Source of the DNA: an uncultured Bradymonadales bacterium
GTDB taxonomy: Bacteria > Myxococcota_A > Bradymonadia > Bradymonadales > Bradymonadaceae
DNA: 30,498 bases
NCBI GenBank assembly: GCA_964346045.1
Contig: CAYFTY010000001.1
Span: 1-30,498 of the forward strand
Direction: 5' to 3'
This document shows, in pieces, positions 16,281 through 26,739 of this stretch. The number at the start of each line of letters is the position of its first letter. Position 1 is the first letter of the stretch. The notes below the pieces were generated by a model that made no database searches, was not told the DNA's origin, and was given only the letters and a program-made list of their open reading frames with translations. Position numbers and translations under genes: made by a program.

Positions 16281-18011
16281 TCAGGGTCGGGCATTTCGTA
16301 TCGCGCGCAGCTCGTCGGCGTCCAGTGTATTCAACACGTCTTTGGCGCTGAGTCCGGCGCGGCGCGCCTGTTGTACAGCGTAATACATATCGTCGAGCCC
16401 TTTCGTCGAATGGGCGTCTGAGCCGAGGACCAGGCGGCAGCCTCGCGCAATCGCTTTCTGAGCCCATTCCGAATTCAGGTCGAGTCGCCCGGTCGAGCCA
16501 TTGATCTCCAGGGCTACATCGTGTTCACTCGCGGCTTCCATCACCGTATCGGCATCGAAAACATAGCCGTCGCGACCGCCCAGAATGCGACCGGTCGGGT
16601 GCCCGATGCATGAGAGCAACCCCGTTTCGATCGCCTTGACCAGGCGCTCGGTCATCTCGGCTTCGCTCAGATTGAAATGGCTGTGGACGCTGCCGACGAC
16701 CCAATCGCATTCTGCCAGTAGCTCTCGATCCATATCGAGACTGCCATCTTTGAGGATATCGACCTCGATACCGGCGAGTACCCGGAAGTCTTCTGCGGCT
16801 TCGTCCGCTTTACGAATCATCTCGATCTGTTGCTCGAAGCGGTCAGGCGTCATGCCGTTCGCGACCGTGACGGCCTGGGAGTGGTCGGTGATGGCGATGT
16901 AGCCATAGCCGTGATCGCGGGCAGCCTGCACCATCTCTTCGAGCGAGTTGCGGCCATCGGTCTCGGTCGTATGCATATGAATGTCGCCCCGCACCGATCC
17001 CGTATCAATCAGCTCCGGCAATTCGCCCGCTTCGGCCAGATCGATTTCGTTTCCTCCCTGCCTGAGCTCGGGCGGGATGAACTGAAGGTCGAGCGCTGCA
17101 TAGAGCTCTTCTTCGGTGCGACTGGCCACTGGGTCGTCTTCACCGCGCGGAAAGACCCCGTATTCGTTGATCTTCAGGCCGCGTTTTTTCGCGCGCGTAC
17201 GCAGTTTGATATGATGTTCTTTACTGCCGGTGAAGTAGTGCAGGGCGGCTCCGAATTGGTCGGGTGTCACGACACGTACGTCGAGCTGAATCCCGCTTCG
17301 CAGACGCGCCGAGGTCTTTGTGTCCCCACGAACGAGCACGTCTCCGACCTCGGGCAACTCGACAAAGCGGTCGAAGATCACGTCACGGTCGTCGAAGTTC
17401 TGCGTCGCGACCACGATGTCGATATCCCCAATGGTCTCGCGTCCGCGTCGAATCGAACCTGCAACTTCGATCTGGTCTACCACATCGAGTTTGGCGAGCT
17501 CGGCTTTGATGCTCTCGGCCCGTGTCCTTGCAGCAGGCAAAGGAGTTCGCCCGCTCGATTGCGCGAGCCTTTCGAGCTCGTCGAGGATCTTCTGCTGGGT
17601 CTTTTGACCCATTCCTTCGAGCTCGGCGATACGACCCGATTCGGCTGCCTCTCGCAAAAGGTCGACATTGGTGACACCGAGTTCGTCATAGAGAAGTTTG
17701 ATCCGCTTTGGGCCGAGCCCTTGAACGCGAATCACATCGAGCAACCCGGGATCGAGCTCCTGCAGAAGCTCATGGTGCGCCGGCGAAACGCCGGTCTCGC
17801 GAATGGCTTCGAGTTCGCGAGCGATGCTCTTGCCGATGCCGTCCACGCTCTTGAGCTCGTCGGACGCCATGATGTCCTCGAGGCTCTCGCTCAAGTTCTC
17901 GACGGTCCGTGCGCCATTCTCGTACGCGCGGATCTTGAAGTGGTTGTCGCCGCGAATTTGTCTCAGAATTGCGATTTCTTTGAGAATTCGCGCGTACTCT
18001 TTGTTGTCCAT
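16281..18011 (-). CDS. polX: DNA polymerase X / PHP 3'-5' exonuclease
   Basis: Start MDNKEYARIL after GGAAGGAAG; FKIRAY; HhH GIGKSIA and GLGPKRI; catalytic GDIDI and QLDVR; ALHYFTGSKEH; PHP motifs DIHMHT, ITDHS, GSVH, GHPTG, GSDAH. Confidence 0.95.
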   Translation of the reverse strand: MDNKEYARILKEIAILRQIRGDNHFKIRAYENGARTVENLSESLEDIMASDELKSVDGIGKSIARELEAIRETGVSPAHHELLQELDPGLLDVIRVQGLGPKRIKLLYDELGVTNVDLLREAAESGRIAELEGMGQKTQQKILDELERLAQSSGRTPLPAARTRAESIKAELAKLDVVDQIEVAGSIRRGRETIGDIDIVVATQNFDDRDVIFDRFVELPEVGDVLVRGDTKTSARLRSGIQLDVRVVTPDQFGAALHYFTGSKEHHIKLRTRAKKRGLKINEYGVFPRGEDDPVASRTEEELYAALDLQFIPPELRQGGNEIDLAEAGELPELIDTGSVRGDIHMHTTETDGRNSLEEMVQAARDHGYGYIAITDHSQAVTVANGMTPDRFEQQIEMIRKADEAAEDFRVLAGIEVDILKDGSLDMDRELLAECDWVVGSVHSHFNLSEAEMTERLVKAIETGLLSCIGHPTGRILGGRDGYVFDADTVMEAASEHDVALEINGSTGRLDLNSEWAQKAIARGCRLVLGSDAHSTKGLDDMYYAVQQARRAGLSAKDVLNTLDADELRAIRNARP

Positions 18012-18201
18012 CTTCCTTCCTCGGCCTATGCTCTCTCGGTGGCGCGATAGTGTCCACGGGTGAGATGCGGGATGCAACCCGCGAGTTCATTACGAGTCAT
18101 GGGACGCAGCGCCTTTGAATGAACTCGCGGACTCGCCCGTCATTCGTAATGGGGCGTGGCAAAAAGGCGGGCGCAGACGCTTGCAGAAAGCGCTCCAATG
18201 C

Positions 18202-18230
18202 TTGAGAAAGATGTGGTTTCAATTTAGTCT
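18202..18230 (+). promoter_or_regulatory. Putative sigma70 promoter of the glt-like operon
   Basis: TTGAGA, 17-nt spacer, TAGTCT, 55 nt upstream of ATG 18286. Confidence 0.6.
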
Positions 18231-18285
18231 TTCCAGGCAAATGGTTTGCCGTTTTGCGGGCCGAACGAAATTTTGAGGTCGATTC

Positions 18286-19260
18286 ATGAAGATAAAGATT
18301 CTCTTGATATTCGGGGCATGTCTGGCGCTCCTTGCGAGCCCCAGCGTGTTTGCGCAGGAAGAACCTGCCGAAGCAGCTGAAGACGCCGAGGCCACTGAGT
18401 CAGAGTCGACGGACGCCGCCGAGGCTGAGGCAGACTCGCAACCTTCCGACCAGGCCGAGGGTGAGGCGGCCGAAGGCGAAGAACCCGCTGAGGGTGCTGC
18501 CGCCGAAGAAGGCGAGGAGGCTGTGGCCGAGGGCGCCGCCGCGCAAGAGGGAGACGCCCCATCCGAAGAAGCCGTCGGTCCGGGAGGCCGTCCACTGCGC
18601 ACCGATTATCCGGGCACCGACGAATCACTTCGTTCGCGCATGGATACCGATCGCATCGAGGGGCTCGAAATCGATCCGAATCAGCCGCAGGAAGCCTACA
18701 CGATGCGGGTCAAAGAGCTCGAAACCAAGATCGATGACCTCAAAGAAAAGGTCTTCCAATCCAAAACCCGAATCGTTCTGCTGCGCGAGACGCTGCTCAG
18801 CGGCAACCTCGCCGGAGCTCGTGCGTCGATCGTCCATCGCTCGGAGCTCGGCTCGGCATTCAAATTGCGCCAGGCGACCTACAGCCTCGATGGAACCAAA
18901 GTCTTTGGCCAGGTCGACAATAACGGTTCACTCTCGGACAAGAATGTTTTTGAGGTCTACAACGGGGGAATCTCGCCCGGGAACCACACCCTCTCGGTGT
19001 CACTTCGCTATCAGGGAAGCGGCTACGGACTTTTCAGCTACTTCGACGGATACGAGTTCGACATTAAGTCCTCGTGCCCGTTCGAGGCAAAGGAAGGAAG
19101 GGTCGTTCAGGTGCGAGCCACCCCATTCGAAGCTGGCGATGCGACGACCTCCAAAGAACAACGGCCAAATTTCAAATGCGAGGTCAAGTACTTCGACAGC
19201 CGGCAAGACGACGTAGCGCCCGAGCAGGAAAAATCGGTTGCAGATGACGGCGAAGCTTGA
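18286..19260 (+). CDS. Uncharacterised secreted protein: acidic disordered linker, coiled coil, beta-rich C-terminal domain; first gene of the glt-like operon
   Basis: Signal peptide ending SVFA-QE; E/A-rich stretch; heptads YTMRVKELETKIDDLKEKV; alternating beta pattern with PGNHTLSVSLRYQG. Confidence 0.85.
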   Translation: MKIKILLIFGACLALLASPSVFAQEEPAEAAEDAEATESESTDAAEAEADSQPSDQAEGEAAEGEEPAEGAAAEEGEEAVAEGAAAQEGDAPSEEAVGPGGRPLRTDYPGTDESLRSRMDTDRIEGLEIDPNQPQEAYTMRVKELETKIDDLKEKVFQSKTRIVLLRETLLSGNLAGARASIVHRSELGSAFKLRQATYSLDGTKVFGQVDNNGSLSDKNVFEVYNGGISPGNHTLSVSLRYQGSGYGLFSYFDGYEFDIKSSCPFEAKEGRVVQVRATPFEAGDATTSKEQRPNFKCEVKYFDSRQDDVAPEQEKSVADDGEA

Positions 19261-19277
19261 GCCCGGAGCGGCGAAAC

Positions 19278-21545
19278 ATGCGATTTTGCAAAAAGCACAT
19301 CATCAGCGCCATCGCGGCTTCGACCGCACTTCTTGTATGGGCGACGAGCGCGCACTCCCAGGAGCTCGCGCAGGCCGAAGCTGAAATTCAAGAGGTCTCG
19401 CAGCAGGTGAGCAGACTCGAAAACGAGTTTCTCAAACCGGCCGTGCTGGCATCACGCTACAAAACCGAGGCCCGCTTCAACGACGCCAAGGTCGCTTATT
19501 ATCTGGAGGATTATCACCGGGCAGCCGTCCTCTTCGTCGATATCGTCCAGAAAGAAAATCAGAGCTTTGGCAGCTACCGCGAGGCGCTTTACCTGCTGGG
19601 TGACTCTCTCGCTCGCGTTCGAAATTATCAGGGCGCTCGAAACTATTTTCGCCAGATTCTCGAGCTCGGCTCAGGTCTCTACTTTCAGGAGGCTGCTTCT
19701 CGCTACCTGGAAATCTCCTTTGAGAGCCGCAATTTCGATGGGGTCGAAGATGTGTTGAACCGTGTTCAGCGCTCGGGCCAGATGAGTGCAGGCCTTCATT
19801 ATATTTCAGGTAAGGCGCTCTACCGGCAGGATCGTTATCCCGAAGCGCGGGCTGAATTTCAACGAGCCGCGTCCGATCCCGAGTATCGTTTGATGGCCGA
19901 GTACTTTCGGGGAGTCGTACTCGCCACCGAAGGTAAGCTCGATGAGGCACGCAGTGTCTATGCAGGCATCACGAACGACGCCGCGGTAACGAGCGAACGT
20001 GACCAGGAAATCGTGAATCTCGCGTTCGTCGCGCGCGGCAGGCTGGCGTACGAAAAGGCCGATTATGACACTGCGATCGACATGTACAGTCGTATCCCGC
20101 GGTTCAGCGAACACTTCGACCAGGCACTCTGGGAAATGACGTGGACGCTCATTGCAAAGGAAATGTTTCGCGAAGCGCGACGGAACGTCGAAATTCTGCT
20201 TTTCTCGGACCCCGACCCCGAGTTCGTCGCTCAGGCGCGGCTGCTCAAGGCCGACCTCTCAGTGCGACTCAATCAATATGAGCTGGCCGAAGAGGATTTC
20301 CAGGACGTGTTGACCGAGTTTCAACCGGTCAAAGACGAGATGGATACATTCGTGGCCGATCGCGGAGATTTGCGTTCGTTCTTCACGGGAATGGTCGAGC
20401 AGGACCTCGAAGGGAATAGCCAGGCAGGTCTGCCCCCGCTGGTCGAAAAGTGGCTCGACAGTGATGCGACGATTCGCAACGCGTCCCGTTTGATCCGCGA
20501 TGTTCGCGATGTGAACGCCGAGATCGACGAAACGCGCCAGGTGCTTGCCGAGGTCAATGCACGGCTCGACTCGACCACGCGCGTGCAGTCGTTTCCCGAA
20601 CTGGCCGAAGGAATGGCGCTTGGCATCGAAGCCGAAAATCGCCTCACGAAAGCGCGTCGATTGATCCTCAATGCCCACTATCAAGAGGTCAGTAGCCGCT
20701 TGAGCACAGCACAAGAACAGAGGTGGGAATCACTATCTGCCGAGCTCGATCGGCTCGAGAAGGCATACGCAGAAATCCCCAAGGATCGAGAGGCCATCGC
20801 CGAACGAGACCGGGCGGTTCACGCGGAGTACGCGCGACTTCAGAGAGAGCTCGATCGTGTCGATGACCAACTGGATGGCCAGCGGGCCATCCTGGCAGGG
20901 GTCGACGTCTACATTCAGAACGAATACGGCGAGCCGCTGACCGAAGACCAGAAGACGCAGATTGATGCATTGAAATCCGAGGTCCGCGAGACTCTGAAGG
21001 AGCTCGAGGAAGTACGGTCAGCTTTGCAACTCCAACTCAAAATTGCTCGAGACGAGGTGGGAGTTGGCGACCCGGTGTCGGTCGCCGAACGAGACCTGCG
21101 CGAGCGGTACGCTGCACGCATGGACGAAGCCTCTTCGCTCCTGCAGTCTGCCGGGCGTCTCGAACGCGCTCAATCCCTGCGCCAACGTATCCAGCCGCTC
21201 GAAAGACGGCTTCAGGATTATTTCACCCGCATGGAATCATTGGTCAATGACAAGGTGAGTGAGATTCGTGATGACGTACGCAATGAAGAGAAAATGCTCG
21301 CGCAGCACAAAGATTCGCTCGACGAACTCATCTATGCGTCTCAAGACGGAGCAGGCGTGCTGGCATACATCAATTTCATGAGAGCTCGTGCGGACTTCAA
21401 CGCGATGATCTTGAGAGCCGAAGTCGGGCTTGTGGACGTGAAGTGGCAAAAGAAAGAAGAGATGTCGAATACGATTAACCAACTCTTCGAAAATCGCACG
21501 CGTCAACTCAGGCAACTGCAACAATCCTTTGAGGAGGTGCGGTAA
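19278..21545 (+). CDS. Secreted TPR and coiled-coil protein, tentatively GltC-like
   Basis: Signal peptide ending SAHS-QE; multiple TPR motifs (EALYLLGDSL, HYISGKALYRQDRYPEA); long C-terminal heptad helices; ATG 19278 after GGAG. Confidence 0.8.
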   Translation: MRFCKKHIISAIAASTALLVWATSAHSQELAQAEAEIQEVSQQVSRLENEFLKPAVLASRYKTEARFNDAKVAYYLEDYHRAAVLFVDIVQKENQSFGSYREALYLLGDSLARVRNYQGARNYFRQILELGSGLYFQEAASRYLEISFESRNFDGVEDVLNRVQRSGQMSAGLHYISGKALYRQDRYPEARAEFQRAASDPEYRLMAEYFRGVVLATEGKLDEARSVYAGITNDAAVTSERDQEIVNLAFVARGRLAYEKADYDTAIDMYSRIPRFSEHFDQALWEMTWTLIAKEMFREARRNVEILLFSDPDPEFVAQARLLKADLSVRLNQYELAEEDFQDVLTEFQPVKDEMDTFVADRGDLRSFFTGMVEQDLEGNSQAGLPPLVEKWLDSDATIRNASRLIRDVRDVNAEIDETRQVLAEVNARLDSTTRVQSFPELAEGMALGIEAENRLTKARRLILNAHYQEVSSRLSTAQEQRWESLSAELDRLEKAYAEIPKDREAIAERDRAVHAEYARLQRELDRVDDQLDGQRAILAGVDVYIQNEYGEPLTEDQKTQIDALKSEVRETLKELEEVRSALQLQLKIARDEVGVGDPVSVAERDLRERYAARMDEASSLLQSAGRLERAQSLRQRIQPLERRLQDYFTRMESLVNDKVSEIRDDVRNEEKMLAQHKDSLDELIYASQDGAGVLAYINFMRARADFNAMILRAEVGLVDVKWQKKEEMSNTINQLFENRTRQLRQLQQSFEEVR

Positions 21546-24500
21546 TGAGGATCCGTGAGCTCAGATGGATTGTGATGGCGGCCGGTCTGCTCCTGGCAGC
21601 GCCGAATGCGATCGCGCAGGAAAATCCCGAAGATTTCGACGTCGAGGTCGAAGACGATACCGATCTCGGCAAAGAAGAGGCCGAGCGGGGTCGAGATCTC
21701 GGCGGCGAGGGGATGAAAGACGAAGAGAAGAAAACCGTTCGCGATGTCGAGGTGAAGCTTCCCGAGAATGCCGATCCGAAATTTATCGAAGCCTTCAAGG
21801 CTTACCAGGAGTCGGTGACGCGCTATGCGGCCGAGAACAAAGACTTTCGAGATAGCATCGAACGCGTCGTGGACGCCGAGTACAAACGGCGCGTCGCACA
21901 GGTGAATGAACGCTTCGATTCCAAGATTCGCGCGAACGAGGCGGTCGAGCGGCAGTATCGCGTCGACGCTATCGCATCCTTTGAGGGCTTCCTCGAGCGC
22001 TATCCGAATGAGCCCCGGTATACGCCCGACGCAATGTTCAGGTTGGCTGAACTCGAGTTCGAAAAAGCCAACGATGATTTCCTCGTCGCCGACGAAGAAT
22101 ATCAGGATCAGATGGCGCTCTACGAGGCAGGCAAAATCGCCGACCCTCCCGCGGACCCCGTGCGCGACTATGGGCGCACGATCGCACTCTTTCGACAGCT
22201 CATCGCAGACTGGCCCGACTACCGCCTGCTCGACGGCGCCTACTATCTACTCGCCTATTGCGAGCTGCAGATGGGGAACGAGCAGGAAGCGCGACGACTC
22301 TTTGCCGAGCTCATCGTTCAACGGCCGGAGAGCGAATTCATCCCCGAGGCATGGATTCGAATCGGTGAGTTTCACTTTGATTACAACGAACTCGAGCTCG
22401 CCAAGCAGGCGTATCTCGAGGCCATGAAGTTCCCCGATAGTCAGTTCTACGACAAGGCGCTGTACAAGCTCGCGTGGACCTATTACCGGCAGGATAATTT
22501 TGACCAGGCGATCAAAGAGTTCAAACGACTCATTGAATACAGCGACAAGCTCGAGCGCGAAACCGGTCAATCAGGTTCGGTGCTGCGTGCCGAAGCTGTT
22601 CAATACATGGCGATCTCGCTCGCCGAAGAAGACTGGAACCTCGACGGGATCAAAGACGACGACTTCGGGCTGATTCGTGCCAAGCGCTATCTCAAGGGTG
22701 AAAAGCCATACGAGCGCGAAGTGCTCGCACAACTCGGTGAATATCTCTTCGAGAATACCCGCTACCGCGAATCCGTAAATATCTACCGGTATATGCTGGC
22801 AAAGTATGCCTTTGACCGGAAGAACCCGGAGACGCACGAGCAGATCATCCTCGCGCTCCTGCGTGAAGGCGATATGGACGCTGCGTTTGCCGAACGGAGC
22901 AAGCTCAACGAGATCTACGGCCCGGCCAGCGACTGGTATGCGTATCAGCAGAAGATGGGGAATGCCGAGGCAATCCGCTATTCGACGGATATGGTCAAGG
23001 ACAACCTGATCCAGTCGGCCACCTGGTATCACGCCGAGGCGCAGAAGAAGCGAAATGAGGCCGAGGTTCGGGAAGACCCCGAAATCATGTCGGTCGCGCA
23101 GGACCAGTATGCGGTCGCAGCAAGCGGCTATAAGAGCTTTCTCGAGCGCTATCCGAACGACAAAGATTTCTATCAATGGAACTTTTACTACGCGGAATGC
23201 CTCTATTACTCCGGTCAGTACATGCCGGCATATGAGCAATACAGGGTCGTTCGCGAGATGGACGTGAAGAATAACGAGTTTCAGGAGACCTCGGGTTTCA
23301 ATGCTGTCAAGGCTCTCGAACTCAATATCGCGACCTTGATTGATCAGGGGCAGCTGCCTTCGAAGGTACTTCCGAATCTCGATGAGGCTCGCGACACAGC
23401 GAGAGCTCAGGAAAGTGCCAGCGGCGAAGAAGCCGAAGCCGAGGGGCGTCGAGACGACCAGAAGCGCGTCGTCGAGGCCGAGCCGGTCCCTGCTGTGGTC
23501 ATGCAGTACGTCACCGCGATGGATCGCTACGTTGTACTGGGCCTCGAGAATGAAGAGCAGAAAAATCTGGACGCTCGATTCGCATTCCAGTCGGCCAAGG
23601 TATTCTACGACTTCAAAGATTATCCTACGGCCCGCAAACGATTCGAGTGGATCGTTCAAAAGTACCCTGAAGACGAGGTCGCGTATCTCGCTGGTAGTTT
23701 GATTCTGGAGACGTATCGGGAAGAAAAAGACTACACCGCTCTCGCGGCTGCGGCCGAGAAGTTGAGCAACGTCATCCAGGGTGAGCAGGCCGAGGCGATT
23801 CGCGAGGAAGTCCGACAGTTCAAGCTCGGGGCCCTCTTCAAATCGGCCGAGCAGCTCTTTGCCGAAAAGAAGTACGAGCAGGCTGCCGAGGAGTATCAGC
23901 GATTGCTCCAGGAAGATCCGGATAATGAATTTGCAGCCAAAGCTCTGAACAACGCTGCGGTCGCCTACGAGAATGTCAGCCGCTTCGAATCGGCGATGAA
24001 ACTCTACGAGCGCGTTTACAAAGAACACCCGGACGATCCACTGGCATCGTACGCACTCTTCCGAATGGCCGTGAATCAGGAACGGTTTTTCGATTACGAC
24101 AACGCCATCCAGAATTACGAGCTCTTCTACGATAAGTATCGCAATAAAGAGCAATCGGAACTCGACCAAGCTGGCGTGACCTTCCCGCTCAAAGAAAAGC
24201 GCGGCGACTCCCTGCGAAGTGCGGCGGTATTGCGGGAGAATCTGCAAGACTACGATGGCGCGGCACGCGCCTATGAACGATACGCCGAGACGTATCCAGA
24301 TAACGATCAGGCAGTAGCGGCCGCATGGCAGGCCGTCCTCGCCTGGGAAAAGGCCGGCGATGAGCGCAAGATGATTCGGGCCATCGACGAGTTCAATCAG
24401 ACCTACGGGAGCAATCCCGATCAGAATCTGAACTTTTTCAAAGGGCTGGACAAAAAGGCCGACTACTACGAGGGGCGCAATAGCACGCGGCGCGCCGACC

Positions 24501-25117
24501 GAATCTACGAGGAGATCCTTCAGGAGTATGAGACGCGCGGGATCGCTCCGGGCAGCCCCGAAGCATTCTACGCGGCTAAATCCAGGTTCATGCTCGTCGA
24601 GCGCGAGTTCGAAGACTGGCGGGACATCAAGATCAAAGGCAGCATCAATCGACAGAGAAAGCGGCTCGAGACGAAAATCGAGGGTCAGAAAGAGCTGACA
24701 GCAAAGTATGAGTCAGTGTGGGAATACCAGAGTCTCGAATGGACGATGGCATCGAGCTTCCGCATCGGAAGCCTCTTCCAGCAATTCGCGATCTCGCTCT
24801 ACGACGTTCCGATTCCCTTCGATGATATGAGTGAGGAGTACGAGATCTATCGAACCCAGCTCGAAGATATTGCCATTCCGCTCGAGGACGAGGCGATCGT
24901 TCGCTACGAAAAGACGATCCAGAAAGCGCGCGACGCGAAGATCGTCAATAAGTGGACCAAGAGGACGCTCGAAGAGCTCAACAAATACAAGCCTGCAGAA
25001 TACCCGCTCTTCAAAGAGAAGCGCCGGGAAGTCGAGTATCGTCCCGTCTCGGGACAGGACTTCGTGTCTCCCGCATCTCTGAAGCCGGCCCCTGCAACCG
25101 ATGGAGACGATTCGTGA
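21545..25117 (+). CDS. gltD: GltD/AgmU-like large periplasmic TPR protein
   Basis: 1190 aa; signal peptide; two TPR clusters (DKALYKLAWTYY, KALNNAAVAYE); C-terminal PLEDEAIVRYEKTIQKA...NKWT...KPAEYP; position upstream of gltE/gltF. Confidence 0.8.
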   Translation: MRIRELRWIVMAAGLLLAAPNAIAQENPEDFDVEVEDDTDLGKEEAERGRDLGGEGMKDEEKKTVRDVEVKLPENADPKFIEAFKAYQESVTRYAAENKDFRDSIERVVDAEYKRRVAQVNERFDSKIRANEAVERQYRVDAIASFEGFLERYPNEPRYTPDAMFRLAELEFEKANDDFLVADEEYQDQMALYEAGKIADPPADPVRDYGRTIALFRQLIADWPDYRLLDGAYYLLAYCELQMGNEQEARRLFAELIVQRPESEFIPEAWIRIGEFHFDYNELELAKQAYLEAMKFPDSQFYDKALYKLAWTYYRQDNFDQAIKEFKRLIEYSDKLERETGQSGSVLRAEAVQYMAISLAEEDWNLDGIKDDDFGLIRAKRYLKGEKPYEREVLAQLGEYLFENTRYRESVNIYRYMLAKYAFDRKNPETHEQIILALLREGDMDAAFAERSKLNEIYGPASDWYAYQQKMGNAEAIRYSTDMVKDNLIQSATWYHAEAQKKRNEAEVREDPEIMSVAQDQYAVAASGYKSFLERYPNDKDFYQWNFYYAECLYYSGQYMPAYEQYRVVREMDVKNNEFQETSGFNAVKALELNIATLIDQGQLPSKVLPNLDEARDTARAQESASGEEAEAEGRRDDQKRVVEAEPVPAVVMQYVTAMDRYVVLGLENEEQKNLDARFAFQSAKVFYDFKDYPTARKRFEWIVQKYPEDEVAYLAGSLILETYREEKDYTALAAAAEKLSNVIQGEQAEAIREEVRQFKLGALFKSAEQLFAEKKYEQAAEEYQRLLQEDPDNEFAAKALNNAAVAYENVSRFESAMKLYERVYKEHPDDPLASYALFRMAVNQERFFDYDNAIQNYELFYDKYRNKEQSELDQAGVTFPLKEKRGDSLRSAAVLRENLQDYDGAARAYERYAETYPDNDQAVAAAWQAVLAWEKAGDERKMIRAIDEFNQTYGSNPDQNLNFFKGLDKKADYYEGRNSTRRADRIYEEILQEYETRGIAPGSPEAFYAAKSRFMLVEREFEDWRDIKIKGSINRQRKRLETKIEGQKELTAKYESVWEYQSLEWTMASSFRIGSLFQQFAISLYDVPIPFDDMSEEYEIYRTQLEDIAIPLEDEAIVRYEKTIQKARDAKIVNKWTKRTLEELNKYKPAEYPLFKEKRREVEYRPVSGQDFVSPASLKPAPATDGDDS

Positions 25118-26427
25118 GAGACCTACGTGTCATCTGGATTCTAGCTCTCTCGTTGGGGCTCGCGCTGGCCGGGTGTTCTTCGTCGCCGACCAAGAAGGAC
25201 GGTACGCCAGTCGAAGAGGACGAAAGTGCCGAAGTCGCGGCCGATGATGGCAGTACGTCGATGGGCGAGATGCAGGAGGTCGAAGAAATGCCCACGGCGG
25301 ACTCGCTCGAAGACAGCGAAGTCACAGAAGAACGTGGAGAGATCGACGCAGGGGTGGAGTCGTTTATCCGCGATGCGATTTCCATAGCCGAAGACGGGAA
25401 TCTCGATCAGGCAGCCAGTGCGCTCGAAGATCTGATTGAAAGCCCCAGGGGTGGGTTCCTCGCAGCGTATAACCTGGGCGTTGTTCGTGAGCGACAGGGG
25501 CGATACGAAACGGCCGCCAAACGCTATTTCTACTCCCTCCAACGAAACCCCAATTTCAGTCCTGCTCTCTCGAACCTGGTTCGACTCTATCTGCGCAGCG
25601 GTCGCATCGATGATGCCGATCGTCTGGCGCAGCGTTTCGTGAATCAGAAACCTGACAATGTCGAGCATCGTGCAGTCGCGCTTTTGGTGCCGCTGGCGAA
25701 GGGGCGTTATGAGGACGTCGTCTTGCAGGCGCGCGAAGTTCTAAAGAAAAACGAGAAGAGCGTCGATGCGATGTATGCGATGGCGCAGGCCAATTTCGAG
25801 CTCGAACGCTTCGAGCTGGCCCGGGCCATCATCGAACGCGCCGTGGATCTCGCCCCCGAGCGAGCGGATCTCTTCAATTTTTATGGGATGATCCAACTCA
25901 AGCTCGACAACAATCCGGGAGCCATCGCCAATTTTCAGAAGGCGATCGAATTACGCAGTCAATTTCCCGAGGCGCGAAATAATCTCGGTGTGCTCTATCA
26001 CGAGGCGCGTGACTTCGATGCGGCTGCGCGGCAGTTCCTGGAAGCGGTCAAGAGCTATCCGGACTATAAAGAGGCATTCTTGAATCTCGGAAATTCGTAT
26101 AAGGGCCTGAAGCGATACAAAGATGCTGAGCTGGCCTTTAAGCGAGCGCTAAAGGTCGACGAGAGCTATCCAGAAGCGCATTTCAATCTGGGAGTCCTGT
26201 ATCTGGACAGCGAGGTTCCAGGCATCGACCCGATCGCACGACTGCAGAAATCGGTCGATGAATTCAATGAGTACAAGCGTCATCAAAAGGATCTTCCCAA
26301 GGATGATCCTGCCGATAAGTATATTGCCGAGGCGAAGAAGGCCATCGAAGTCGAACGCCAGAAACAAGAAATGATGCGTCAGTCGCAAATGGGCGCCGAA
26401 GAAACGGACGAAACTCCAACGGAATAG
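25114..26427 (+). CDS. gltE: GltE/AglT-like TPR lipoprotein
   Basis: True start GTG 25114 overlaps the gltD stop (GTGA); lipobox LAG-C; consecutive TPRs (ARNNLGVLY, AFLNLGNSY, AHFNLGVLY). Confidence 0.8.
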   Translation: MRDLRVIWILALSLGLALAGCSSSPTKKDGTPVEEDESAEVAADDGSTSMGEMQEVEEMPTADSLEDSEVTEERGEIDAGVESFIRDAISIAEDGNLDQAASALEDLIESPRGGFLAAYNLGVVRERQGRYETAAKRYFYSLQRNPNFSPALSNLVRLYLRSGRIDDADRLAQRFVNQKPDNVEHRAVALLVPLAKGRYEDVVLQAREVLKKNEKSVDAMYAMAQANFELERFELARAIIERAVDLAPERADLFNFYGMIQLKLDNNPGAIANFQKAIELRSQFPEARNNLGVLYHEARDFDAAARQFLEAVKSYPDYKEAFLNLGNSYKGLKRYKDAELAFKRALKVDESYPEAHFNLGVLYLDSEVPGIDPIARLQKSVDEFNEYKRHQKDLPKDDPADKYIAEAKKAIEVERQKQEMMRQSQMGAEETDETPTE

Positions 26428-26466
26428 TTGCCGGATGCCCCGGACTGACCTTAAGGTACTAAGAAG

Positions 26467-26739
26467 ATGCAGAACACGATGACCAAAAAGCAGACGAAAA
26501 TTGCAGTGGTCGCTCTCGCGGCTGCAGCATTGTTGCTGGGTAGCCAGGCTGTCGAGACCGATGAAGTCCACGCTCAACAGGGCGTGATCAATCTGGACGA
26601 GACGGTCATCAAAGGTCGCATTCAGAAACCCGAGGCTTTTTACATCCTGCAGCATGCCAATTTGAAGTACGAAAAGCTGACTCCAAAACAGTCTTTCCTC
26701 CCGGAACTCGAGAAGAGCGTCGAAGAGGATCCCTTTTAG
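26467..26739 (+). CDS. gltF: GltF/CglF-like small secreted protein
   Basis: 90 aa; signal peptide; INLDETVIKGRIQKPEAFYIL...SFLPELEKSV motif; directly after gltE. Confidence 0.75.
   Translation: MQNTMTKKQTKIAVVALAAAALLLGSQAVETDEVHAQQGVINLDETVIKGRIQKPEAFYILQHANLKYEKLTPKQSFLPELEKSVEEDPF

Noticed and set aside
16281-18011. polX as a sign of a prophage or defence island
   Set aside because: An ordinary chromosomal PolX-PHP repair enzyme with typical codon usage; no integrase, transposase or phage genes nearby.
18165-18256. sigma54-like sites upstream of the glt operon (GGGCGCAGACGCTTGC; TGGTTTGCCGTTTTGC)
   Set aside because: Both have GG-N11-GC spacing rather than the required GG-N10-GC.
22571-24247. 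558-aa minus-strand ORF inside gltD, and similar long antisense ORFs at 561-1532, 13484-14236, 16830-18050 and 26149-27471
   Set aside because: Shadow frames of motif-bearing genes in GC-rich, codon-biased DNA; no motifs of their own.
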